Shown here piece after piece: positions 18,204 through 35,790 of a DNA stretch of 64,000 bases (position 1 is the first letter of the stretch; every line of letters starts with the position of its first letter). The translations under genes and the position numbers were made by a program. Source of the stretch: the human T2T-CHM13v2.0 reference genome, Homo sapiens; assembly GCF_009914755.1 (NCBI RefSeq), contig NC_060941.1. One strand, given 5' to 3'. The notes beneath the pieces are model-generated. The model had not been told where the DNA came from. It did not search any database and saw only the letters and a list, made by a program, of their open reading frames with translations.

Positions 18204-18449
18204 TGAAAGGATCTAATTCAGAGACAGAGGCTGGTGATGGCAGAGGAGGGAGAATGTCTTACGAGTCCAATCAGTTATTAAGGAGGTGAGAGGAGACAGC
18301 GTCTACTGCACTTGTGGAGCAAATGGCCTTGGAGAGGAGCAGGGATACGCTTCCAATTGTCACAAGGAGGAGAGCATGGCACTGATGGAGAGGTGGGAAG
18401 GAAAGGACATTCCTGAGGAGGGACAGGTTCTGTTTTTTAAATAAAGGTG

Positions 18450-18545
18450 GCCTTCCTGCTTTCCCTCCTGCCTGCCTGCCTTCCTGCCTTCCTGCCTTCT
18501 TGCCTTCCTGCTTTCCTGCCTGCCTGCCTTCCTGCCTTCCCTCTC
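18450..18545. repeat. (CCTG/CCTT)n low-complexity tract
   Basis: Seen directly. Confidence 0.9.
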
Positions 18546-19200
18546 TCACTCTTTCCTTCAACAAGCATTTATTAAGCACCTACTGCATGCCACGGCACTG
18601 CTCTAGACACTGAGACTATAGCAGCAAATAAACAGACAAAATCCGCTATCTTCCTGGAGCACACATTCTATTGGGTGGAGAGTGTCAACTAATAAAATGA
18701 ATAAGTCAGTTTTATCGATGTTAGAAGATGGCCAACGCTACAGAGAAAAGTAAAGCAAGCAAGAAGGTAGGGCATTTTGATGGGAAGAAGAGAACAAGAG
18801 AAGGATTGTGGAGGAAAAGTGGTGGGGTGGCGGGATTGCAGCTCTCCTCACTCAGAACACTGGTGCAGTGGGGAATGAGAGCCAGAGGGCCAGAGGGGTG
18901 GGTGATGGTGTCTAAGTGTGGGATCCTGAAATCAGGATGTTGGAGGTGGGACAAGGTCTAGAGTGTGCTATGCAAACGGGTGGCAGAGTTGGAGTGGAGC
19001 AAAAGGTCTTTGGAGGTGAGGAGTTCAAGTGACTGAGAAGCCAGGGTATTGAAGTTCACACATGTGGATGGTGAGGTCACAAGAATGTTGACAGGGCTGG
19101 AGTGGAGACAGTGCCTGGAGCTAAAGTCCACAATGAACAAGGAGGTTGGGCAGGAGACAGATGGATGCACTGGGGAGAGGTACAGAGTGGTTTAGCCAGT
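18545..19200. mobile_element. L2 remnant
   Basis: ttcaacaagcatttattaagcacctact...gcactgctctagacactgaga is an antisense L2 3' end. Confidence 0.6.
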
Positions 19201-19224
19201 TAGTGTGCACTTCAAAGGAACTAG

Positions 19225-20315
<1,091 letters not shown>

Positions 20316-20514
20316 TTAAGAGGAGAAAAAATGGTCCAGACTGTGCTGCCCAAGATTTGATTTGCCTTTTTTCCAAAACATTTTATTATGAAAAATTTCA
20401 AACAGACAGAAAACTGGAAAGAATTATACAGTGGGCATTCATATAACTACCACATAGATTCTACAATTAACGTTTTACTCTATTTGCTTAATCACATATC
20501 TGTACATCTCTCTC

Positions 20515-20622
20515 TCCATCTATCCATCCGTCCATCTGTCCATCTGTCCATCCATCATTCCATCCACCCATCCGTCTACCCACCCATCCACCCATCCGTC
20601 TACCCACCCATCCACCCATCCT
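20515..20622. repeat. (CCAT/CCAC)n degenerate tetranucleotide repeat
   Basis: Seen directly. Confidence 0.9.
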
Positions 20623-20856
20623 TCTGCCTTTTTATTTATTTTTTGAATCATTTCAAAGAAAGTTGCAGACATCAGTATATTTTACCCCTAAACACTTCAG
20701 GATGAATATAATTAACTAGAGTTCAATATTTGTTTGCCTTTTTTAAGTAAAATTTACACACAGGAAATGCACAGATCTTAAATATGAGTGAGTTTAAGGT
20801 GAGTTTTGACAAATGCCTGTACCTGTGTCACTCAAACCCCTATCAAGATATCAACA

Positions 20857-21187
<331 letters not shown>

Positions 21188-22213
21188 TCATTCTTATTTT
21201 TGTCACCATAGATTAGTTTTCGCCTATTTTAGGACTTGCATTATGAGTCCCAGTTGTAAATACTCTTTTGGATCTAGCTAGTTTCACAGCTAGCAGTGGG
21301 AGATTCATCCATGTTGTTGTTGCACATATTGGTAGTTAATATCCTTTGTTGCTCAGCGATATTGTATTAGGCGATTATAACAGAAGAATTATTTGTTCGT
21401 CTGTTGATAGTCACTGGAGCTGTTTCTAGTTTTTAGCAATTATGAATAAAGCAGCTGTGAAAATTCTTTTATGAGTCTTTCTGTGACATATGCTTTCAGT
21501 TCTCTTAGGTAAATACCTAAACATGAAATTGCTGGGTCATAGATAGGTTTCATTTTATAAGAAACTACCAGCTTTTTACCCAAGGTGGTTGCATCATTTT
21601 ACATTCTCACTAATAATGTATGAGAGTTCCAGTTGTTCTACATCCTTGCCAACATTTCATGTTGTCAATCTTTAATTTTAGCTTTCCTGGTGGGTGTATG
21701 TTGGTGTCTCATTATGGTTTTATTTTATATTGTCTTGATGACTAATGATGTTGAGCACTTTTTCATGTGTTTCTTGGCCATCTGTGTCTTCTTTTGTGAA
21801 GTGTCTATTCAAATATTTTGCCTATTTTAAAAATTGAGGTATTTATCTTTTTATTATTGAGTTGTAGGTATCCTTTATATATTCTGCATATAAATCCATT
21901 GTCAGATATGTTTTGCAAATATTTTCTCCCTGAGGCTTGCATATAATTTTGTTAATACTGTCTTTTGATGAACAGAAATTTTTAATTTTGATTAAGTCAA
22001 TTTATCAATCTTAAAAAAAATTGCTTTCTGTGATCTATTTTAAGATACCTTACCTATTCCCCAGTCCCAAAGATATTCTCCTGTTTGCTTCTAGAAATTT
22101 TAACATTTTAACCCAAAAAATAACTTTAGCTTTTGATTGATTTCTATGATCTATTTAAAATCAATTTTTATGAATAGTGTGAGGGAGGAGGGGTTGAAGT
22201 TTATTTTTTTCCA

Positions 22214-23010
<797 letters not shown>

Positions 23011-23131
23011 GTCATAAAAGTCATGAAGTCAGACGGGATAAATCCTCTAATTTTGTTTGTTTTCAAGGCGGTTTGGATATTCTAGGTCCTTTGCATTTCC
23101 ATAAAAATTTTAGAATCAACACATTCAATTT

Positions 23132-23335
23132 TTTTTTAATTTTATTATTATTAAAGTTTTAGGATACATGTGCACAATGTGCAGGTTAGTTACATATGTA
23201 TACATGTGCCATGTTGGTGTGCTGCACCCATTAACTCGTCATTTAGCATTAGGTATATCTCCTAATGCTATCCCTGCCCCCTCCCCCCACCCCACAACAG
23301 TCCCCAAAATGTGATGTTCCCCTTCATGTGTCCAC
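23132..23335 (-). mobile_element. ~200-bp 5'-truncated young L1PA 3' end
   Basis: Antisense L1PA 3'UTR (tacatgtgcacaatgtgcaggttagttacatatgtatacatgtgcc...); TSD AGAATCAACACATTCAATTT at 23112-23131 and 23336-23355. Confidence 0.92.
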
Positions 23336-23603
23336 AGAATCAACACATTCAATTTTGACAAGAGTCTACTAGAATTATGACTGAAATTGAGTTGAATCTA
23401 GAGATCATTTTGGAAAGAATAGTCATCCCAGCAATCTTGAGTCTTCCAATCCATGAACATTTATTTAGGTCTTGAATTTCTCTCAATAATATTTTGTAAT
23501 CTTCAACGTAGAGGTCTTACATATCTTTTGTGAAATGTATTCCTAAGTATTTCATGGTTTTAAAAAGAGCTATTAAAGATGGAATTTTAAAAACATTATT
23601 TTT

Positions 23604-24341
<738 letters not shown>

Positions 24342-24891
24342 GGAAATTTTTAAAATTTCATTTTCTATTGACAGCAGCAGAGGTGAGCACCAGAAAAGAC
24401 AGTCCATCAGGTTATCCTAGGTGTGGGGAAGTGGGGTGGAGGAACACCACTTATTTGCAGATGGCTGTGCAAGATCTGGGAGGGTGGAAAAGAAAGGTGG
24501 CCATGTGATGGGGGGAAGTCGGATGCATAGCACTTCGGGGAAGACCGTCTTCCTTTCTCTGCCCTGTTACTAAGAAGGAATGTTCTTCCTCAACACTGTC
24601 CTGGGAGGTGAAGGCAGGACAATGCCAAGGAGCCTTGGGAAGGTGTTCCTGTTCCCCCAAGCCTTCTGAGCTGCATCATGCAGCCACCCCTCTGTGGGGG
24701 CTGTTGCCACCATGGCCTGAGATGAGCATGGTCCTCTGGGGACAGATGAGCTGGCCTCAGTGGTACAGGTGGTATACTCTCCCCTCTCCAGGAGAAGCCA
24801 CAATGGGCCCTGATCCTTGCTTAGCTGGCTCAGCCTGCAGGGAGGAGATGGGGTCTGAAACACCTGGACTTCCCTTTACTCAAAATATCAT

Positions 24892-25193
24892 AGCCAGGAC
24901 AGATGCAGTAGCTCACACCTGTAATCCCAGCAATTTGGAAGGCCAAGATGGGTGGATCACTTGAGGTCGGTAGTTCGAGACCAGCCTGGCCAACCCTGGC
25001 GAAACCCTGTCTCTACTAAAAATACAAAAATTAGCTGGTCGTGGTGGCAGGTGCCTGCAATCCCAGCTACTTGGGAGGCTGAGGCAGGAGAATCGCTTAA
25101 ACTGGGGAGGCGGATATTGCAGTGAGTGCAGATTGTACCACTGGATTCCCGCCTGGGCAACAGTGCGAGACTCCGTCTCAAAAAAAAAAAAAA
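24892..25193 (+). mobile_element. AluS
   Basis: Alu consensus. Confidence 0.9.
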
Positions 25194-25609
25194 ATCACAT
25201 CCAAGCTCCTGGCCTGGCTTTCCTTTCCGCTCCCTTCCATTGACTGCCTCCCTTGGTGGTCTCTCCATCTCGTTTTCCCATGTTGCCCCACCCAGTTATA
25301 GAGTCAGCTGGTCACATCTCTCAAAAGTGCCAAAACTTCCAACTCATGCTCTGAGGAAGGATTCTTAAGAAATAAGAATGTCCAAACTGGATGTCCAAAA
25401 CTCCACCCATGCTGGGTCCTGTCCCTGTCTTGTTGGGAAGAATGTGGGTGGAGAAGGAAGGAAGGAGAGCAAGAGAGCTTCCCCCTTGTGAAGCAAGAGG
25501 ACCATTGGGGGAGGAGCAGTGGCAGTGCCAAAGGGGGCTTTCATCCCTCCGTACCCCTCACAGTGCCCCAGAAGCCCCTTCAAAGAAAGATGTACTCACC
25601 ATGCTTCAA

Positions 25610-25990
25610 GACAATGCTAGTTGCTACAACAAATAAACCCCCAAATATATTTTGTTTATTTCCCACTTATTTACCAGTTCATTGCAGATGTTCTTGGTTT
25701 GCAGGTGACCTTCCCCCATGCAGTGATTTAGAGACCAGGCTTTTTCCATTTTGAGGCCCTACCACCGCCTGGTCTAACTATCATCTTCTACACTCATTTA
25801 ATAGGAGGGGAAAGAGACCCCATGAAAGGCATAACCACTCCTCAAAAGCCTTGGCCTGGAAGTGACACACGTTACTTCTGCTCCCATTCCATTGGCAAGA
25901 ACGTGGCATGGGGCCAAGGGGGCCTGGGAAATGTGGTCCCTGGCTCGGCAACTGCTTCCCAGTGACAGCAACACTGGAAAGGAGAGTTCA
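25610..25990 (-). mobile_element. Old MLT1-type LTR remnant (antisense)
   Basis: tgctagttgctacaacaaataaaccccc... ggaagtgacacacgttacttctgctcccattccattggc. Confidence 0.55.
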
Positions 25991-26688
25991 GATGTTGCTC
26001 TCCCTGCCACTGAGCTCTGTTGAGTTTTCACCAGTCAGGTGGCCTTACTTTTAAACTGTGCAGAGCTCTCTGGATGTGAAGAGTTATCTCCCACTCCATC
26101 ACCAGCATGGTTTCTTACTGTCTCCTCCATTGCTGAGGTTGTTACAGGCTCTTTTCCAGCCCCTCCCTCCTCCCTCAGCCACCCGGGGTCCCCCTCCTTC
26201 TAGTCGCTTGCCTAAACCTGACCTCCTCCAAGACACTTTTCAAGGATCTCAGCATCTTCCATTCTCTGGGCACCCTGTTTGCCATAAACACAAGTAGGAG
26301 CACTGTTTGGAGAACATATGTGCCCCTCTCTCATCTGCTTGCTAATGTTTGGTATTCTTCAACAGAGCACCAAGGTTTTCTCCCCACGATCAACACCAAG
26401 ACTTCAGATGCGTGTACCCAACACTAAGACTTCAGATACATGCACCCTGGGGGAGAGGGCAGATCTTCTCGCACACAGGGGAGTGGTTGACTGGGGGATC
26501 CTTATAAGTCCTTGCAGAGGGGAGGGAAGGAGAGCAAGGGGACCCTGGGCAGGGGCAGACAAGGGAGCCAGCTATTGAAAGGGAGGCTTTGGCTATATTT
26601 TTCAATTAGCTCTATTTTTCAGTCATATGTTGAGCATCTTCAACTTTTTCTAAACAGACTAATCAAATAGTGTCCACTTATTAAATGC

Positions 26689-27053
26689 TGATATGGTTTG
26701 GCTGTGTCCCCAACCAAATCTCATTTTGATTTGTAGCTTCCATAATTCCCACGTGTTTTGGGAGGGACCCGGTGGGAGATCATTGAATCACGGGGGCGGT
26801 TTCTCCCATACTGTTCAAATGACAGTGAATAAGTCTCATGAGAGCTGATGGTTGTACAAGGGGAAACCCCTTTCACTTGCTTCCCTCATTCTCTTTTTGC
26901 CTGCCACCATGTAAGACATGCCTTTTGCCTTCCATCATGATTGTGAGGCCTCCCCAGCCACGTAGAATTGTGAGTCCATTAAACCTCTTTTTCTTTATAA
27001 ATTACCCAGTCTTGGATATGTCTTTATTAGCAGCGTGAAAGCAGACTAATACA
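26689..27053 (+). mobile_element. THE1 (ERVL-MaLR) solo LTR
   Basis: Begins tgatatggtttggctgtgtcccc, ends gactaataca; 365 bp; 5-bp TSD AATGC at 26684-26688 and 27054-27058. Confidence 0.93.
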
Positions 27054-27349
27054 AATGCCAACCTTGTGCTGGGCACCACTAGCTCTTTTTATAAGCATGG
27101 TCTGATTTATCTTCCCAACAACCTCGTGAGGTAGGAACTCTTATTTTATCCCCGTTTGGCACAGGAGAAAAGCAAGACTCAGAGACATTTAGTAATTTTC
27201 CCAAGGTCACATAGCTTCTAGTCATTCTAGAAGAGCTTGGGTTTGAACCTAGATATCCAGCCTCAAAGTCCTCCAGTCCTCTGTGCCTGTGTCTCCTCTT
27301 CCCCTGGGATACCCAGCATGGCAGAGGCACTCAATGCTCATTGACTACT

Positions 27350-27712
27350 CATGTCCTCCTCCACACTTCCCAGCCTTCCGTGCAGTCAGGGTGGGGTCAT
27401 GAGGCAAACTCTGACCAACAGGCTGTGAATGGAAGTGACAGGTGTCATTTCTGGACCGAAACACTGAAGTGCTGCTGTCCAACCCTCCTGTTCTCTCTTG
27501 GCCTTTAGTGGCAACCACAGATGCCATGGTTTGAAATGGTAGAGCCACTAGAAGGAAGTAGCCTGTACAAGGGACAGCTAACCTGGACAGTTACCCAACC
27601 TGCAGCAGTTTTGTGTGAACGAGAAAAATACACCTTTGTTGCATCAAGAAGCCGCTAAGATTTGGAGGTCAATGTTTACCTCAGCACACTATAGCCTCTC
27701 CTGACCAATACA
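27350..27712 (+). mobile_element. Old MLT1-type MaLR LTR remnant
   Basis: ggaagtgacaggtgtcatttctgg..., ends ...aagccgctaagatttgg...ctgaccaataca. Confidence 0.6.
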
Positions 27713-27852
27713 CCAGAACAGGACACTAGATAGAGTAGGGTTCCACTCAGTTGGTTACTAACAAGGTGGTGCTCTCAGACATTTTGTTTTATAAACTTTA
27801 CAGTGCTCCAGAGTAAGGATGGAACTGAAGGACTTTCTAAAACACAAGTTCC

Positions 27853-28170
27853 CAGCTGGGCGCAGTGGCTCACGTCTGTAATCCCAGCACTTTGGGAGGC
27901 CAAGGTGGGCGGATCACTTGAGGTCAGGAGTTCGAGACCAGCCTGGCCAATATGGTGAAACCCCATCTCTACTAAAAATATAAAAATTAGCTGGGCGTGG
28001 TGGCGGGCGCTATAATCCCAGCTACTCAGGAGGCTGAGGCAGGAGAATCACTTGAACCTGGGAGGTGGAGGTTTTAGTGAGCCAAGATTGCACCACTGCA
28101 TTCCAGCCTGGGCGACAAAGTGAGACTCAGTCCAGTCTCAAAACAAAACAAAACACCAAAACACAACAAC
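27853..28170 (+). mobile_element. AluS
   Basis: Alu consensus. Confidence 0.9.
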
Positions 28171-28938
28171 AAAAACACCACAAGCTCCCAGAGGCAGGTG
28201 GGAGAACACCAAGGGTCTTCATCAGCCCCCTGGGGAGCAGGAGCCCCTTGCCCAGCCTCCCATCCCAGGTTCCCCTCTGCCCTGCATCAAACTTCTCCCT
28301 GTTGCTGGTTTCTAGAGCTGTTCCCTCTCTGGCACAGCCCCTCTGTCTCCACCCCGCAGCAGCCGGCTTCCAGAAGCTAAAGCTCAGACACCACTGGCCC
28401 CTCCCCAGATGCAACCAAGTACCTGGAAGTCTCCCCACGCCTCACATTGTCTTTGCTTCACATTGTCTTTCAGATGAGTCCCTGGGGATGCGGAGCTCTT
28501 GCGATTCTGCCATCTGATCCTGCAATACAGGAAATCACCACTTTCTGGCCTCTGCTGACTGGAGAGCCAGTGTGGCAGGCAGGAAGCTCCAGTCTGGGCT
28601 GTCCACTGCCAGGTCAGGTCTGGGGAGAAGGTGGAGAGTCCCAGGCCCGAGATGGGCTCCTGGTTGGGGTGGGGAGGGCCAGGACAGCCAGCGTGTTCAC
28701 TCCTCCCACAGACGGTTCTACAAACCCTCGTGGAAACTTTCTGTGCGGCTGGCCCTGTGCTTGGTGCTGTGGGAGCACAAAGGCAAGAGATCATGGCACC
28801 TGACTTCCAGGAGCCTCCATCCTGCAGGTCCAAGTAGGACATTAGCTGCAGAGAAACAGAGCAAAGGAATAAATAGCAGTCAGGGATTTTTCACTTGCAA
28901 GTGACGTGAACCCAGGGCCAGAGTAAGATCTATAGAGA

Positions 28939-29275
28939 GGCTGGGCGCGGTGGCTCACGTCTGTAATCCCAGCACTTTGAGAGGCTGAGGTGGGCGGATC
29001 ACTTGAGGTCAGGAGTTTGAGACCAGCCTGGCCAACATGGTGAAACCCTGTCTCTATTAAAAATACAAAAATTAGCTGGGTGTGGTGGCATGCGCCTGTA
29101 ATCCCAGCTACCCAGGACGCTGAGGCAGGAAAATCACCTGAACCTGGGAGGCGGAGGTTGCAGTGAGATCACACCACTGTACTCCAGCCTGGGCGACAGA
29201 GGGTGACTCTGTCTCAAAAAACAACAACAAAACAAAAAAAAAAAAAAAAAGGGAAAGAAAGAAAGAAAGAAAGAA
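28939..29275 (+). mobile_element. AluS
   Basis: Alu consensus; the tail carries an L1 stub and a GAAA array. Confidence 0.9.
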
Positions 29276-29279
29276 TGAA

Positions 29280-29372
29280 CCAGCATGGCACATGTATACA
29301 TATGTAACTAACCTGCACATTGTGCACATGTACCCTAAAACTTAAAGTATAATAATAATAAATAAATTAAAA
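29280..29372 (+). mobile_element. ~90-bp L1PA 3' terminal stub inserted in an Alu tail
   Basis: ccagcatggcacatgtatacatatgtaactaacctgcacattgtgcacatgtaccctaaaacttaaagtataataa matches the L1PA/L1HS 3' terminus. Confidence 0.92.
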
Positions 29373-29484
29373 AAAGAAAGAAAGAAAGAAGAAAGAAAGA
29401 GAGAGAAAGAAAGGAAGAAAGAAAGAAGGAAAGAAAGAAAGAAAGGAAGAAAGAAAGAAAGAAAGGAAGGAAGGAAGGAAGGAA

Positions 29485-29538
<54 letters not shown>

Positions 29539-29540
29539 GG
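29372..29540. repeat. Compound (GAAA)n/(GGAA)n polypurine microsatellite
   Basis: ~170 bp made up only of purines on the + strand. Confidence 0.95.
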
Positions 29541-31699
29541 AAAAAAGCCCTGATATAGCTCTGGCTGTGACTGAGTCACAGCCCCATACCTGAACTGATC
29601 CCATAGCAAGCACAGGGTTCAGAAGTGGAGGGGGTAGGAGAAAAGATGGGCTACTCCGACTTCGAGGCCTGGGCCTTATGAGCCTCTCTGGATCCTGGGA
29701 GTGGAATCAGCTTCTTCTGGACCACATGTCTGAAGGTGGGCGACAGATATTTCTCATGGAATATTGGAGTGTTTTGATCAGAAGGAGGAAGGATGCTGGG
29801 TAGGGTCACAACCAAGGTCTGCTGCTGGTGGGAGAATGGAATACGCCCTCAGAGAAGTATGAACCAAGGGCTGTGGGAATTCAGAAGAGGGAGATGTCAT
29901 GTCCAGCTGAGGGGGTCAAGGAAGGCTTCATGGAGGAGGAGGCATCTGGGCTGGGCCTTGAAGGATGACCAGAGTTTGGGCATTGGATCTCTTAGGATGG
30001 GAGGAAAGGGCATTGTGGGCATAGGGAACAATGTGAGCAGAAACCTGGATGTAAGCCAGAGAGAAGCAGGGGCTGAAGCCAGATGAAGGAAAGGCCTCGA
30101 ATGCCAAGCTAAGGGGCATGGATTGAATTTGTGGAGCCAAGGATGGGATCATCAGATCTGAGCCCCTGGAAACGCATACTACCCACTCAGGGGCCCGGCT
30201 CCCCACCCCCACCCCTGGCCTGCTCTGGGTGCCCACAGATCCCTTTTCCTTTCGTTGAGCTCAGACAAGTCTGGAGTTTTCCAATAGAAATGCTTACTCA
30301 GAAATGGAAGAAAAGTGAAAACAGAAAGTGTGATTACAGACCTTAGCTTTCTCCTGCCAAAGTAGACAAGCTTGGTACCTGTGACAGTCCCTCTTCTCTG
30401 GGCTGAACCTGCCCTCTCCCCTCTGCCTGCTGAGCCCCAGGAGAGGCGGGGGCTGTGCTGGGGGTAGACAGCGTGCTCTCCCTGTGGGACCCTCAGGCTC
30501 TCCAGGGTCCATTCCTGCCCTGCCCTGAATAGTACTTTCTCTGCAGCTGCCCTGGCTCAGGGCAAGGGGGGGCACCCCCAATTCTCACCCCCTAAATTCC
30601 TCCCCGACCCTGGAGCCACACTGCTCTTATTATGTCACCAGGAGGTTTTTCCAAGACGTCTGCTAAGAATCAGGTGAAAATCAGCTGAAGGCTGAGTCTG
30701 CGCCAGTTCTCAGCCCCTGAAGGGTGGGTAGGGCCATGTCCCAGTCAAAGGTGTGGACTGTGGATTCCACCTCTGTTGCTAAGATGGGACAGAGAAGTCC
30801 CATAGCCTCCCGGAGCCTCAGTTTTCTCTTCTGCAATAGAGAACTAATAAGCTCCAGCTCGTAGGATTTGTTGGAGGATTAAACAGTATCCCAGAAGTCA
30901 CTTACAGGCATGGGACATGTCTGCAGTACGTGGTGACAATGAGGATGATGAAGAAGAAGATAATGGAGATGAAGGAACCACCAGGAGGGGAGACATGGAC
31001 CAGCAGGGTCTTTTACTTTGGATTGCTCTGAGGTGACACCAGGTGTGTGTGAGTCCACATTGACAGGCTGGGCAGATGGATGGGCGGGGGGTCAGGACGC
31101 AGCATGGGGGCTGAGGGCAGCACCATCCCGAACCACACTCCTGGGCTCTGAGCTCGCCTCACGCTGCTGGACTCAGGAGAACCTCAGCATGAACACTCAT
31201 CATGTCCTCTAGCCTGGAGCTTCCCAAATTAAGGAAGGGGTGGCCTCTGGGTCATTCCAGAAAGCCCTGTGATTCAGACCGTGCCGATGTTACCCTGGGT
31301 GGACTCCCTCAGCCTCAGCCTCCCTCATCAGTTAGGGGATCCCAATCAGACTTTTTGGAGGTCAGAGGCTGCCAGGAAAGAGGGCTTTTAACAAGGTTTC
31401 TACAAACCTTGAGATTGCTAGAAAGGGCCTGATGGACGGGGTGGGGCAGGCGGGGAGAGGGGGGAGGGGGAGGAAGGCTCAGGTCAGGGGTCACCAGGCC
31501 TTAATGATCCCTCTCAGCAAACTAACTTGAGGATGTATTCCAATTGTATTTGCTTATTTATGTCAGGAACATAAACTATTGCATTAATATATTATGCCTA
31601 TTATAAAAATACGTATAAAACGAAAATTTTAAGAGATATCAATAGGAAACAAGTTAAACAAATGACGTCCCATGCATACAATCAACTATGACTGACCTA

Positions 31700-33530
<1,831 letters not shown>

Positions 33531-33556
33531 AGGAAGCTTGTTAGGTACTGGTTTAG

Positions 33557-34437
<881 letters not shown>

Positions 34438-34654
34438 CCCACTGTTTTTTTTTAAAGAGGAACAGGTGTGTATATATAGACTATTATGCAGATTTATATT
34501 TATATGTTTATACTTACACATGCCTATATGGATTTGCACAGACGCTCTGGAAGGATACACGAAAACTGGTGAGACTAGGTGTTTTGGGTGAAGGAAGTGG
34601 ATGGCTTGCAGGCCAGGACTGGGAGAGTGACTTTTGTACCTTTAAATTTTTTCT

Positions 34655-35140
34655 TTTTAATTTTGGTAAAACACACATAACAAAGTTTACCATCTTAGCT
34701 ATTTTTTAAGTGTACAGTTGAGTGGTGCTAAGTACATTCGCCTTTTGGTACAACCATCACCACCATCCATTTCCAGAGCTCTTTTCATCTTGCGAAACTG
34801 AAACTCTGTACCCGTAAAAGAACTCCACTTCCCCTCTCCCTAGGTTCCTGGCACCCCCGTTTCTCTGTGAAGAAGCCTGCTCCAGACACCTCATATAGTG
34901 GAATCACACAGTATTCGTATTTCTGTGACAAGCTGATTTCACGGAGCACAATGTCCTCAAGGTTCACCCATGTTGTAGCATGTGACAGAAGCGCCTTCCC
35001 TTTTAAGGCTGAATAATATATGCGTGGGCCACATTTTGTTTATCCATTCATCTCTCCATAGATATTTGGGTTGCTTCCACCTTTTGGCCAATGTGAATAA
35101 TGCTGCTATGAACATGGGTGTACAAATATCTCTTCCAGAT
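34655..35140 (-). mobile_element. L1MB-like 3' end (antisense)
   Basis: tttaccatcttagctattttttaagtgtacagttgagtgg..., gaataatgctgctatgaacatgggtgtacaaatatctctt. Confidence 0.8.
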
Positions 35141-35149
35141 CTTTATATC

Positions 35150-35290
35150 TTTATTTTATTTTATTTGTCGAGACGGGGGGTCTCCCTCTGTCGCCCAGAC
35201 TGCCCTCCAACTCCTGGTCTCAGGCAATCCTCCTGCCTCAGCCTCCCAGCGTGCCGGGGTTACAGGCGTGTGAGGCACCGCTCCCGGCCG
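35150..35290 (-). mobile_element. FLAM-like Alu monomer abutting the CpG island
   Basis: Antisense left-arm sequence retaining many CpGs. Confidence 0.8.
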
Positions 35291-35409
35291 CTTTACATTT
35301 TTAAAGCATATGAAGGTACTACCTATTTGAAAATAAATTTAAACGTAAAAGGAAGAAATACAAATAAATACAAATGGAAGGTGTACAGTTTCTTCCCATA
35401 TCCCCTACC

Positions 35410-35790
35410 AAGGTCCCAGCGGGTGGGTCCCCCGCAGGGCAGCAGCCGGCTCGCCCGCGCAGGGGGTCCCTGCTGAGTCACGCGCAGCGGCTCAGCCCGG
35501 AGGTGCCCTCGCCTGCCCGCCGCCCACCCGCTCCCCGCCGATTGGCGAGGCCGCATTCCTGCGCGCTGCCCGCGGCCGTCCGGGTGACTCACGGTGCAGG
35601 CAGCTCAGGAACGCCCGCTCGCGGGATGAGGCTGCGGCTCGCCCGGCCACGTCCTGAGGCCTGCAGCCGCTGGTTTTCCTATTTGGAAACTCCTTAGACG
35701 TCTCCGCTTCCAACAAGCTGGTCTCCTCCCTGGCCCCCAGCAGGCAGGGAAGCCTGCGGAGGAAGCGCCCTCTCTCTCTGTGCGGGGATT
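35410..35790. promoter_or_regulatory. Orphan CpG island / promoter-like element
   Basis: Non-repeat CpG-dense block with TGCTGAGTCAC (35471-35481), ATTGG (35541-35545), CATTCCT (35554-35560), TGACTCA (35585-35591) and GC boxes. Confidence 0.75.

Noticed and set aside
29335-29613. Phe/Leu/Ser-rich 'membrane protein' ORFs
   Set aside because: Translation of the (TTTC)n microsatellite.
35674-35690. CArG box in the CpG island (CCTATTTGG)
   Set aside because: Only five A/T bases lie between CC and GG, so it is not a consensus CC(A/T)6GG.
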